Positions 1-12,315 of a stretch of 64,000 nt of DNA are shown piece after piece. The DNA is taken from positions 14,324,001-14,388,000 of the forward strand of contig NC_058368.1 of NCBI RefSeq assembly GCF_018350175.1, written 5' to 3'. Within the stretch, counting starts at the first letter, position 1, and each line of letters opens with the position of its first letter. Below the pieces are notes generated by a model, which searched no databases, was not told where the DNA came from, and saw nothing but the letters and a program-made list of their open reading frames with translations. Source of the stretch: Felis catus. Its lineage: Eukaryota. Position numbers and translations under genes: made by a program.

Positions 1-109
1 AATTTTCCATTGAGACTAAAGAAATAAAGCCTTAATGTTATGTAAAAAAATATATTTCCAGTTATGCATTGTTGTTAATAGTGCCTACTGTTTATTTCCT
101 CATTCCTAG

Positions 110-234
110 CCAATTGCATGATTTCTGGCGTTTGGATTACTGGGAAGATGATCTTCGTCGAAGGAGACGATTTGTTCGTAATGCGTTTGGCTCCACTCAT
201 GCTGAAGCACTGCTCAAAGCTGCAGTAGAATATG
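110..234 (+). CDS. NBEA: NBEA (neurobeachin) internal coding exon, 125 nt: (S)QLHDFWRLDYWEDDLRRRRRFVRNAFGSTHAEALLKAAVEY(G)
   Basis: Pyrimidine tract and acceptor tttcctcattcctag at 95-109; donor TATG|gtcagt at 234/235. Peptide recognised as NBEA (HDFWRLDYWEDDLRRRRRF). End phase fits the next exon. Confidence 0.95.
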
Positions 235-336
235 GTCAGTACCAATACCTCTTACACAGCACTTCCCTGGATACGATGGGACTCTTTGTGGTCGAAAATT
301 CTTTTTTTTTCACTAGCATTTAAAATTCAGCATGTC

Positions 337-567
337 GGGGTACCTGGGTGGCTCAGTTGGTTGAGTGGCCGACTCTTGTTTAAGGCTCAGGTCATGATCT
401 CAAGGCTCATGGGTTTGAGCCCCACATCGGGCTCTGCACTGACGGTGTGGAGCCTGCTTGGGATTCTCTCTCTCCCTCTCTCTCTGCCCCTTCCCTGGTC
501 ATTCTCTCTCTCTCAAAACAAATAAACTTAAAAATAAATAAATAAGTAAGTAAGTAAATAAATAAAT
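337..567 (+). mobile_element. Can-SINE (tRNA-derived carnivore SINE)
   Basis: GGGGTACCTGGGTGGCTCAG head, (CT)n, A-rich tail; TSD AAAATTCAGCATGTCG at 322-337 and 568-583. Confidence 0.95.
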
Positions 568-712
568 AAAATTCAGCATGTCGTAAGTCAAAAATACTAT
601 GTTCTGCTTTATCCTTCAGTGTCATGTAGGTGACACTTACTCAACCCAATATTTCACCCACTTGATATATTTTAGACCCTTAAACTTCTTTTTAATAGAT
701 TAAAAGACTCTA

Positions 713-904
713 GGGGCATCTGGGTGGTTCAGTCGGTCGAGCACCTGACTTCAGCTCAGCTCATGATCTCACAGTTCGTGAGTTCGAGCCCCATGTCAGG
801 CTAGCTGCTGCCACCGCGGAGCCTGCTTCAGATCCTCTGCCCCTCTTCTCTACCCCTACCCTGCTGGCGCCCTCGCTCTCAAAACTGAATAAACATTAAA
901 AAAA
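713..904 (+). mobile_element. Can-SINE
   Basis: GGGGCATCTGGGTGGTTCAG head, GTTCGAGCCC B box; TSD AAAAGACTCTA at 702-712 and 905-915. Confidence 0.93.
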
Positions 905-2131
905 AAAAGACTCTATACGAAGGATTATTACTCAACATCAATCTTACACAGCCTGAAACAAGAGTAAAATCAGTTTCTTTATCAGTTTCAAAGTCTTTCA
1001 AAATTTTGGTGACCAAGATACAAGGTGGCAAAACACACGATTGTAACTGTGTACTCAGACTTATATATTTTTATGTACAATTTGTGTATGTGTACATACA
1101 CTCATATATGCTATATAAATATACATATATGCATGATATATATATACACATATGTATACTGTTTGTATATATATACATGCACATATTTGTGTATTTAACA
1201 GAAACAAATGTCTTATTAATAATCTCATCATATGACATTCTCAATTTTTTTACTGTTTTATTCTCTTCAGTCTAAAACAAAACAAAAAAATAAATACTGC
1301 TACAATAGGTGAATTGAAATTACCAGTCCTCCAATGGGTTGCAAATAAAGTTTAAAAAAAAACCATCTCACATTAAATGTATCATCAACTATTACACTAC
1401 AGTAGAACTGTACCGTAATTTTTCCATTAAAAAATCTATATTAAATAGAAAATATCAAAATATTTTTATAATTTAATAAAAAATGCTACTATTTTAGTTT
1501 GCTGTCTACCAAGAAATATAAATAGGACTATTTTGTACCATTTTTAAGTGCTCCAACAAATTGAAGTGTAATTGATCAACTCAGAATTGAATAAACTATA
1601 TACACTCAGAAAATACCATTAATGAACCCCTATCTATATATTTTTGTTATTAACCACTTTTGTTCTTACAATTACTTGTGTTTTTATTATGATAATTTTC
1701 ATTTACTTGAGTATAATAAGTGAGCCATCTGTTTTAAAATTTACCATAGTTTATAACATTTAATACTATTCATGTTCTTGATGGATTAGACAGAGAAAAT
1801 ACTTAATCCTGATAAAAATAAAATGTGCAAAGCTTTTAAAACTTGTTGTACAGGTAGTCCAGGAATTGATATAACTTAGTAAGACTCAAACATATTAAAT
1901 AAATAGATGAGGATTTCATATTAAAGTATTATGCCTAAGATAAAAGTTTCAACATAACTTTATACAATAAAAGTAACTATAGGAAAGAACATGCTAGAAA
2001 AAAATTATAGTTCACTGGTACTATAGGGGATTTCTTTAATGAACAAGAGAGATCACCTAAGGATTTTAGTGCCTAAGGATTTAAACTTAACTTGTTGTGT
2101 TATCTTTATGCTTAAAATAAGATATTGTCTT

Positions 2132-2338
2132 GGGCGCCTGGGTGGCTCAGTCAGTTAAGCGCTGACTTCGCAAGGTCATGATCTCGCAGTCCGTGGGTTC
2201 GAGCCCCTGGTTGGGCTCTATGCTGACAGCTTGGAGCCTGGAGCCTGCTTTGGAGTCTGGGTCTCCCTCTCTCTGCCCCTCCCCCACTTGTGCTGTGTCT
2301 CACTCTCTCAAAAATAAGCAAACATTAAATTTTTTTAA
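2132..2338 (+). mobile_element. Can-SINE
   Basis: GGGCGCCTGGGTGGCTCAG head, CT-rich body, A tail; degenerate TSD ending ATTGTCTT. Confidence 0.92.
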
Positions 2339-2949
2339 ATGACACATTGTCTTTACACTCTAATAGAAGAGATTTTTAGAAATACCTAAAATGTCATGCT
2401 TTATAATTTGAACTTGAAATTATTAAAACTTCACTTCATACACTTTAGACTTTTTCACCAACCCATCCTATTTGAATTCATCCCATTTGAAAATAGAAAC
2501 ATATAGAGACAGTTTGTAACAGAGTTAGGCTAAATTGATATTAGTAGTGATACTGAGTTGACAAAGGTTTATTTATACAAGATCCACATTATACTGTATT
2601 CAGCATTCTATAGGTTGCTTTTAAAGAGTCTGTTAGTTTAAAAAACAAAAACAAAAAACAAAACAAAAAAAAGGAGCCTGTTAGAAAAAAATGCCATTCT
2701 CTGTAAAAGCAGATACTTTGTATGTTTAATTTGTAAAATATCTGTATTATTAAACCATTGTTAAAGCCTATCAGAAACAAATTTTAAAACCTTTACTTTA
2801 AAATCTTTTAAGACATCTGATAGTCAGCTTTTGATGCCATAGTAACTACTGTTACTGAACCTAAACTGAAAATAGCAGTTTAATTTTGAAATAGATGAAA
2901 GATGTAGGTAATACTAAACATCTTCTGAGTGTAGTGTAAGAGTATTTTA

Positions 2950-3692
2950 TTTTATTTTTTGTCTACACATAAATAAACCCTTTTGTTATTAAGTTTTTTG
3001 ATTCCAATATAGTTAACATACAGTGTTCCTTTTAGTTTCAGGTGTACAATATAGTAATTCAACGATTCCATACATCAGCCAGTGCCCATCACAAGTGCAC
3101 TCCTTACTCTCCATCACCTATTTCACCCATCCCCCCCACCCAGCTCCTCTCTGGTAACCATCAGTTTGTCCTCTATGCTTAAGAGTCTGTTTCTTGGTTT
3201 GTCACTCTCTCCTTTTTTGCTTTGTTTTGTTCTTAAATTCCACATATGAGTGAAATCGTATAGTATTTGCTTTTCACTGACTGACTTATTTTGCTTAGCG
3301 TTATGCTCCATCCGTGTTGGGGCAAATGGCAAGATTTCATTTTTTATGGCTGAATAATATTCCATTATGTATATATATACCACTTCTTTATCCATTCATC
3401 TATCAATGGACACTTGGGCTGCTTCCACAATTTGGCTATTGTAAATAATGTTGCTGTAAACATCGGGGTACGTGTATCCCTCTGAATTCATGTTTTTGTA
3501 CCTTAGGGGTAAATATCCAGCAGTGCAATTGCTGGATCACAGGGTAGTTCTATTTTTAACTTTTTGAGGAACCTCCATACTGTTTTCCAGAGTGGCTGCA
3601 CCAGTCTGCATTTCCACCAACAGTGCACAAGGGTTCCTTTTTCTCTACATCCACAGCAACACCTGTTTTTCTTATATTTTAATTTGAGCCAT
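2950..3692 (-). mobile_element. 5'-truncated carnivore LINE-1 (ORF2 C-terminus plus 3' UTR)
   Basis: ORF 3123-3395 (-) contains MEYYSAIKNEILPFA, the L1 ORF2 C-terminus. 18-bp TSD TAGTGTAAGAGTATTTTA at 2932-2949 and 3693-3710. Confidence 0.92.
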
Positions 3693-4142
3693 TAGTGTAA
3701 GAGTATTTTAAAGTATGGAGCAATTTATGAATTTGAAATTTGGAATGAGCGGTATTCAGAACTAATTATCTCTCTTGAGTTGAGTTCATTGATAGAAGGC
3801 AAGAGGGTATGTTTTTTTATACATAACTAGAACAAAGACCACGTGTATGCCATAAAATATTCAGGAAAGCTATATGGTACCCATGCCAGAGTTATTGTCA
3901 CATCATTCTCAAGATTAAGATTGTGTAATGGAAAACAAAAGAGAACTGAAACAATTCTACCTCCAAAACCAGCTCTAGAGCATACCTCTTCAACCTTCAG
4001 CACAGTTTCTATCGGTGGGCCTTTGCAATTGTGTAGAGAGTAGGGAGTAAAATATGGAGGATGTGAAGAGATGAGAGGGAAAGTGCCCCCTGGTGTGAGC
4101 TGTACACAGAAATAGAAAGAAGTATTAAAAACTGCCAAGAGA

Positions 4143-4361
4143 GGGGCGCCTGGGTGGCGCAGTCGGTTAAGCGTCCGACTTCAGCCAGGTCACGATCTCG
4201 CGGTCCGTGAGTTCGAGCCCCGCGTCAGGCTCTGGGCTGATGGCTCAGAGCCTGGAGCCTGTTTCCGATTCTGTGTCTCCCTCTCTCTCTGCCCCTCCCT
4301 CGTTCATGCTCTGTCCCTCTCTGTCCCAAAAATTAATAAAAACGTTGAAAAAAAAATTTAA
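4143..4361 (+). mobile_element. Young felid Can-SINE (SINEC_Fc-like)
   Basis: CpG-intact GGGGCGCCTGGGTGGCGCAGTCGGTTAAGCGTCCGACTTCAGCCAGG; TSD AAAAACTGCCAAGAGA at 4127-4142 and 4362-4377. Confidence 0.96.
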
Positions 4362-7014
4362 AAAAACTGCCAAGAGAAAAAGGTAGCATTGTATCATCTT
4401 CCAAACTCTCAACATGCCTCCTAACCTATATGTAAAGTTATTTCTTCAGAAGAAATAGAGAGTAAATGTAAGTTATTATTACAAAGCACTTCATCCAATA
4501 AAAATAAATGTTGAACACCTTAATTAAAAATATTTTAAATAAAGCTTTTTATTCACATATTGCTAGAACATTCATATAAAAGTAAAATTTCAGCCCATCA
4601 TCTGGCCACTCTGCCTGCCATTAAACTTTTAAATGTGTTTTAAGTACCTTCAAGTCTAGCAGCATATAGACTTAACATCTAAATTATTAAATATTTTGGT
4701 TTGTGTAGACCTAGGAAAGGTACATTTATTGTACATTTTTGTAAAAGGCTTCACATTTTGAGAGGGCTTCTAGGACAAATTGAAATTCAATTTGTTTCTT
4801 CCTCAATGTTAAATAATTAGAGTATTTCAATTTCCCTGTACATTGTGTCTTGAAAATTAAGCATTAAATGCACAGAAACTCTGCTATAATCTTTGGTCCA
4901 ACAAACTATATTCATCTACATTGTGGCAGCAAAATTCTTTTAAGAGCAGAAGAATATTTTGTGAATGGAACTTTCAGTATGGATATAAGTGTTTGAATCA
5001 GTGATCAATGTTTCCAGACTATTAAACAAGTTGTACATAAATAGAGAATACTTACATGGCCATCAAAGCAGTCCCTGGGATTTGAACACTGGTAAGGTCT
5101 ATCTGTTCATTCCTATAGTACAGTAAGTTTCAAGAAGGTGAGCCTATACTAATGTAACAGAACTGAAACTGAATTAGCAGACTTAATATTTTATTTAAAA
5201 TGTTTTGAATCACTTGACTTTTCCCTAAATTCAGTCATTTAGATTAAACTGGAGTTAAACTTTCATGTGATGGGTGGGAACACTTAGCCATAATTTGAAC
5301 ATTCTTTTCAGATAATCTGTGTGGAGCCACAAATCAAATATATTAACAGTGCTTTCTTTTATATGAGCAAATAATCAAAACTGGGTATATTTTCAAGAAG
5401 ATAGAAAGGACAACAATTTTGTTTCATACTGACTTTGAAAGCTTTCCTTCCCATTTCATTACTAAAACTTTTGGTTGACCTTTTTCTGTTGGAAAACATT
5501 CTTAATACTGATGGAGTTTTTCATGCTTCTTAGTAATACTAATGAGTTGAATAATTTATGAGGTTGTCATGCGCAAAAGATTTGGTGTGATTTGATATAC
5601 TTTCAGCCTTGGTGTTGGAATGTGATTAATAAAACCTAGAGGCATGTAATTTTTTCCTGATGTTCAATGTTCTAACTTTGTATGAAATATGTTATTTAGG
5701 TATTTTCTAATAGTAAAATTTCTTAAAAGTGCAAATTTAATTGATTAGTAGGAATTTTACAGACCATAAGGAAGAATATAAGGAAAATATTTTAAACTCA
5801 AAATTCATCTTCTGACCTGCAGGATTTTCTTCTTCAGGGCAAATTAGCCAATGGGGAAATGATTGAAAAGGAAGGGTTTTGTGTATTGTTTATGTGTTTA
5901 AATAAAACCTAGACTAGTCAACTTCTGGTGCCTTTCTGGTGCTTAAAGATTATGCTGTCAAAGAAGAGTACAAAATCTTAATAAGTTTGGTTGTCTTTGT
6001 TGACTGTCAATTATCATTTAAGACTCTGTTTCCCTTCCATAAAATTATAGTGGAACAATGTTTCATCAAAGCCTAGGATCGCAAGCTCCCCATGTCTGTG
6101 ATCAAAGACATCATCTTAAATAGGTCTGATCAGGCATCGCAAAAGAGGGCAGGCTGCTTCAGCTGGAAGAAAAAAAACATAGAGCAAAGATGACAAAGTT
6201 AATCAGTCATTTCTTTGGCAATAAATAATAAGATATGCTGAGAACTGCAAATGAGAACATCCTTAGGTTCCTCAGAGATGTGTCTGCTTAACACCTGATT
6301 TATCTAAGCTTGTGAAGCCATCAAGATATGACCTTGATGAATAAAAAGCAGCTCTGTAATGAATCTGGAATTAAATTAGTTTTGATGGTATATGCATGGC
6401 TACTGTAATGTGCTGCTTGCAGAAATAAGAAAAGCACTTGAGACTAAAAAATACTAATGCAACTATAAAAATTGAGAAAGAAGCTAATTGACTTCTTTTT
6501 AAGAGTTTACAGTTATTATCATATTTGAGAAATACGATTTGATTTTTTTACGTAATAATCTATCGTTTGTATTATGTAGAAGCACTCGCAAACATCTTAT
6601 TACTGTTCATCGATAACTCCATTTTAATTGGTGTGTTATTAATCGAATCTCCATATCTTGAATAAATGAGGTGATCTGATTATGGTTAAAATAATTTACT
6701 GAAAGTTAATGATGTAAACTCTTTTAAAAGAAGAAGAAAAAGACATACAAGGAATCATCTTTCAGCTCTTTTTTACGCCAGTGTCACATTTTAATATCAG
6801 AGCATTGTCTTCACTTCTCATTTTTATATTCTCTTAAAATAATTGAAACAGATTACATAAATACTGTTACAAAATATGCTTATCAGATGCATTTTACAGA
6901 CTTTATATAGCATTTTTGTACCAACAAATGTTCTAATTACAACTCCCCTGTCTTTGTTTTGAAGATGCAGATTGTAGCTTTAAACAGATTCAGAAGAATC
7001 AAATCACTGTATTA

Positions 7015-7500
7015 ATTTAGAAGCATTTATTGAATATCTTCTATATTCCAAGCATTTGCTACATGCTGGCTTTGAAGTTTGAGACAGTTTCTACCCTCTA
7101 AGAGCATATAGTTTAGTGCTTTATAACAGGGTGGAGGTGGGGGTGTGTTCCCAGCATCTACTGAATAGAGACTGCTGCTAGAATATCCTGTCATGCACAG
7201 GCAGCTTCCCTAGAATGATGACAAAAACAAAACTCCAGCTCTAAATGCCACTAGTGGAATGCCAGAATGCCACAAGGTGGAAAAACCCTGGTCTACTGGT
7301 GAGAAACAGTTATCATAAAGAGAGGTAGTAGTTCATAAAGGAGCGCAGGGGACAGAGTGACTAACTGTGAGTCTGATGGGTTGGAGTAGGCTTCATAGAA
7401 GTAATTACTTAGGAACCGTCTTGAGAGAAGATTAGGAATTTACCAGGTGAGCCAGGAATGGCAGAGGTAGTATCAGAAATTACCAAGATATGAAGGCATA
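7015..7500 (-). mobile_element. L2 fragment interrupted by a MER20-like hAT element (~7110-7290)
   Basis: AAGCATTTATTGAATATC is an antisense L2 3' end. The inner segment resembles recalled MER20 (GCATCTACTGAATAGAG...TGCACAGG...GGTGGAAAAACCCTG). Confidence 0.6.
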
Positions 7501-8584
7501 ACTTATTCCTTTGAATGGCCTCAATGTTTTGCATTTTGTGATAGGCCCCTGTGTAAAAATTTCAGAAAATGTTTGACTTTAGGTGTATCATATTCTGAGA
7601 TAAAAACGATTTGAAAACAAAAAATGATATCTTCTGTTCCATTTAGAGCGTAGAATTAACTCAATTCTATGTAGTTAGTTGCTGTTTTTTATTGAATTGA
7701 TAATCGATTAATTTCAAGGTATACATACAGTATTTTCATCATTTAAAGTAGTAGTATTGAAAAATAGGATTTTTATGGAATAGGTCTACAAGTATGGTAT
7801 TTTCAAATTCTGAAATGTATTTTTTATGCCTACATTTTCTTTCCACTTAGAACATCAAAGGCTGTTTAAGATAGGGAGCTGACAAAATTATATTACTGCT
7901 GAGTGGCATAGAACTATCCATAATGTTATTTATGTTCTTTCAGACTAATTTTTCATAAAGTGTATACACAATTGCATTTGTAAGTAATTACAGTGCACCA
8001 TGATAAATATTTTTGTCAACGTGTGTTAAAATGCTATCTGAGCTCAGTGAAGGGAGTTGCCTAACTGAAGAAATACATTTTAGCTAGACTTGAAAGGATG
8101 AATGGAGATCTTCACAAGCCAGTAAGTGAAACGGTGGCAATGTGAGAAAGGGGCCACACAGTACAACATAATGTGTCCAGGGGATGCAAAATGGTGCTAT
8201 GTGACGGAACACAGGATAGTGGGGACAACTGTACAAAATGAGGCTGAAAAGCCTGTTTGAAGCCACATTGTGAAAGGATTTGTCAATAGACAGAGCCATT
8301 AAAGGATTTTTATTTGAGAGAATGACAGACCAAAGAAGTTAGATGGCATGCTAGTAAGTGGTAGAGAGAACAAAAATGCAACCAAAATACCATTCTCTTA
8401 CTATATAGTATGTTGCCTTAGGTACACTTGGAATTCTGACTGCAAAGAGCATTATTGAACACTTTCCTGCTTTGAAGTTTACCTGTTAAATTTTGGTTAC
8501 TCCTGTAGCCTACAGATGAACTTAGTGTCGTTCACAGCATGCGCTTCAGGTGTCATGTACAAGACGTATTTTGAAATGTTCTGA

Positions 8585-8686
8585 GGGGCAGGGCACCTGG
8601 GTGGCTCAGTGGGTTAAGCATCTGACTTCAGCTCAGGTCATGATCTCCAGGCCCATGCGTGCTGACAGTTCTGTGATCTCTTCTTT

Positions 8687-8741
<55 letters not shown>

Positions 8742-8835
8742 CCCTCTCCCCCCTCCCCCTCTCCCTCTCCCTCTCCCTCTCCCTCTTCCTCTCCCTCTCT
8801 CTGCCTCTCAAAAATAAATAAAAATTTTAAAAAGA
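8585..8835 (+). mobile_element. Can-SINE with expanded (CT)n/(CCCTCT)n; first of a tandem pair
   Basis: GGGCACCTGGGTGGCTCAG head, long CT tract, A tail. Confidence 0.9.
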
Positions 8836-8850
8836 TTTTTAATGTTCCGT

Positions 8851-9067
8851 GGGGCTCCTGGGTGGTCAGTCAGCTAAGCAACCGACTCTTTGATTGCAAC
8901 TCAGGTCATGATCTCACGGATTGTGAGTTCGAGCTCCGCATCTGGCTCCAGGCTGACAGTGCAGAGCCTGTTTGGAATTCTCTTTCTCCCTGTCTTTCTG
9001 CCCCTCCCCTGCTCATGTGTGCACTCGCTCTCTCGCTCTCTCAAAAATAAATAAACTTAAAAAAATA
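8851..9067 (+). mobile_element. Can-SINE; second of a tandem pair
   Basis: GGGGCTCCTGGGTGG head, GTTCGAG B box. The pair is flanked by AAATGTTCTGAG at 8574-8585 and 9068-9079. Confidence 0.9.
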
Positions 9068-9465
9068 AAATGTTCTGAGTGTTTTAAAAGTGCTTTAAAT
9101 AACCTATATCAACACCATCTCTTAGCTATTCCATGTTTTTTAATGATCAAGGAGAAATTTTTATCAGTTTTTTTCTCCCATATTTGAGCCACTTACTTAT
9201 GTAGCCAAAATATCTCCTACTCCCCGTTCCCAGGATCTTAAAGTAAATTTTCCCCACTGACTTCTGTGACAGGCTTTCAGAAGCAAAACCAAGCATCATT
9301 CCCTAGGTTGATGCCCCCCACTGCCATAGGAAGTGTGCCCATCTCTCAGCCCTTGGTTCAGTTGCCCGATGCATCTTTCATTCCTAGAGTTGTCAAAACT
9401 TTCTTCCTTCCATTCTGCTCCTATCTGCCATTTACTCCTCTTGACTCACCATGCAAGGTTTTAGT

Positions 9466-9556
9466 CCTCCCTCCCTCCCTCCCTCCCTTCCTTCCTTCCT
9501 TCCTTCCTTCCTTCCTTCCTTCCTTCCTTCCTTCCTTCCTTCCTTCCTTCCTTCCT
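9466..9556 (+). repeat. (CCCT)n(CCTT)n microsatellite
   Basis: Read directly. Confidence 0.95.
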
Positions 9557-11212
9557 AAAAAGAAATATGCTCATTGTAGAAAATCTAGAAAAGGCCAGAA
9601 AAGTACAAAATGGGGAAAAAAATCTCTCACTGACACCCATGTAAAGCAGCTATCTGCCGGTTTTGATGGCTTTATTTCTTGCTAGTCTTTTTCTAAGCAA
9701 ACTTCAGCATAGGACCCAAACACTATGCTCTGTATCAAATAATCGCAAAGATGAATAATGCATCGTCTCTGCTCTTTATGATACTGACAGGGTTCCAAAC
9801 TGCCCCAAGTTTTCTATATGTTTTAGCATTTTTTTCCATAAGTAAAGTGTGCCATGTGACTTTTAATGTAATAAAGTCCTAGTTTGAATATTTCACAATT
9901 ACCCTAACTTCATGGCTAATCAAAACCCAACCGAGTAATATCCAGTCTAAAATGCACAGGGATTCTACATTTACTATCATGTATATTCTTAAAATATGGC
10001 TTATCAGATTTCCTTTAAAAAGCACAGAATGCATTTTTCTACATTCACTCCATTAAGAAGCTTATTGAGTTAGCATTTTATACTTCTATAGTGCTGCACT
10101 TAAATTCAATAAGATTTTCTTGCACCTTTTTAATTGCATTTTTTTTTCAGTTTAAAAATGCTGTTTGAGAATATCCCCTTTGTTGGTCTGCTCTAAGAAA
10201 TATTGCTTACATATGAATATTTTGAATTAGGAATAAATGAATTTCCATTTTTGCTGTCAGAACCAAATTGTAAAAATGCATTGCATGTCTTGGAAAATCA
10301 GTATACTCTATTAGCAGGCCTGTCAATATAAAAAGTGCCTTCCATTTCCACCTCTTGCTCTAATAACCTTTTCTGTGTTACTCTGAGGCAGTTCACATAA
10401 TCAGAGTATATTGTCAGCTTACTGGAGTTGGGGAAGCATGAAATGAAAATCACGTTAATATTGATCCAATTCTTTTACTTGCAAGTGTCCTTGATGTCCT
10501 TTTCCACTAAGCAATAACTGTTGATGTTAGGTAGCCATTTTCTTATTTTAGTTCATACAGTCCAGTAAATCATTTACAAGCATAGCTAATCTAAATAAGA
10601 ATTTGCTGCTCAGAATAATTTCTGTGAACACTCTATCTTAATTAATGCCCCTATTGCTAATTCTGTATTTCACTCTACCACTGAATATTTTCCTGCAGCT
10701 TTCCAGAGAACAGCCTACCTGCAGATATAACATTTGTCCGGTTTGAAACAAAGTCTGTGCAAGTTTTTCATTGGTAAAAAAAAACCCACAAGGGATGTGG
10801 CACTCTAATTTTATGTGATGCAATGATGTGCTGAAGATGAACCATAAGTAACATAATTATTGATTCAGGCAAGGATTACCACTTCTGAATCAGGCTCAGT
10901 GTAAATTTGAAGCCGGGATCTTGCGTTTTTAGTTTTATGGTAGTTGAGATAATATCTATTTTGGATTATTCAGTGTATTCTCAGACAACAAAAATGAAGT
11001 GGAAGCCACAATTAAATCTAATGCATTCAGAATGCATTTATGTATCCATTTATTGCATGTTTATTGAGTCAGTGACCACTTAGATTTTTACTTAAAGTGT
11101 GTTGTTTTCATAAGATGATTTTGTGTTAATGAAGGGAGTCTCCTGACTCAGCACCAGGTATAGAAGAGAGAAAATTTTGAAATTTTTAGTCATTCTTTTT
11201 AGTAGTGTTTTT

Positions 11213-11432
11213 TTTTTAATTTTTTTTTCAAATTTTTATTTATTTTTGGGACAGAGAGAGACAGAGCATGAACGGGGGAGGGGCAGAGAGAGAGAGAGAC
11301 ACAGAATCGGAAACAGGCTCCAGGCTCTGAGCCATCAGCCCAGAGCCCGACGCGGGGCTCGAACTCACGGACCGCGAGATCGTGACCTGGCTGAAGTCGG
11401 ATGCTTAACCGACTGCGCCACCCAGGCGCCCC
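11213..11432 (-). mobile_element. Young felid Can-SINE (SINEC_Fc-like)
   Basis: Ends GACTGCGCCACCCAGGCGCCCC; TSD TAGTAGTGTTTTT at 11200-11212 and 11433-11445. Confidence 0.96.
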
Positions 11433-12139
11433 TAGTAGTGTTTTTATTCAGTATCACTAACAGTTTTCATCATTAGGATATTTCTACTGTAAAGTCTTGG
11501 ATTTTTTAAAATTTGTTCTACATAAACCATGATTTTTTTCGTCCTTATGTCAGCAGTATTTCTTATGAAAATATTTCCTTCTTTCTTAAGGAAAGAAATA
11601 CTATGTCTGTGATGTAGAGTCAAACACAAAATTTAATTTTGAATTTAAAGTATTTACAAAGAAAAATATTTACTTTAAACACTTTTTAAATTATATTACA
11701 GTAAAGTGTATTGTATATATGTATCTACTGCATTTATATTATATTAAGATCGGCCTAAAATGTTTTTGAGTCCTATGTTTCTCAATATAGAAAAAATTTC
11801 ATCTTATTTGAAATGTTCAAAATTATAATGTTCTCATTAATAGATTGGTTCATATATATTATTGCATGGTAACATGTCACTATCTAATAATATTAGGTGA
11901 GAGGTATATTTACCTTAAAATCTTTTCCTTTTAGTAAAAATTAAACTTAAAGTTACTAAAAGCACTGTTCTATAATAGTATTTGTTGCTCTGATTTCAGC
12001 TTTAATGAGGAAATGTAATCTTTGTTTTACAAGATGCCAAGAAATTAATACCTCATTAATATTTCTAAAAGCATTTAGGTTTGAAAATGAATTGCAGCAC
12101 ATTTTTATTACTGAGGTATAACTGACATCGAATTGAAAC

Positions 12140-12315
12140 TTTTTTTTTTTTTTTTGGAGGAGAGGGGAAAGACAGACAGAGAGGGAGAGAAAGAGAGAAT
12201 AGTAAGCAGGCTCCATGCCTAGTGCTGAGCCCGATGTGGGGCTCAATCTCAGATCATGACCCGAGCTGAAATCAAGGGTCAGATGTTTAACTCACTGAGC
12301 CACCCAGACGCTCCC
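12140..12315 (-). mobile_element. Can-SINE
   Basis: Poly-T, GA-rich body, ends CTGAGCCACCCAGACGCTCCC; flanked by CGAATTGAA. Confidence 0.88.

Noticed and set aside
69..323. 84-aa ORF as a standalone gene
   Set aside because: Only 110-234 is coding (NBEA exon); the flanks are intron read-through.
8550..9685. 166-aa and 139-aa ORFs
   Set aside because: Translations of SINE (CT)n and (CCTT)n microsatellites.
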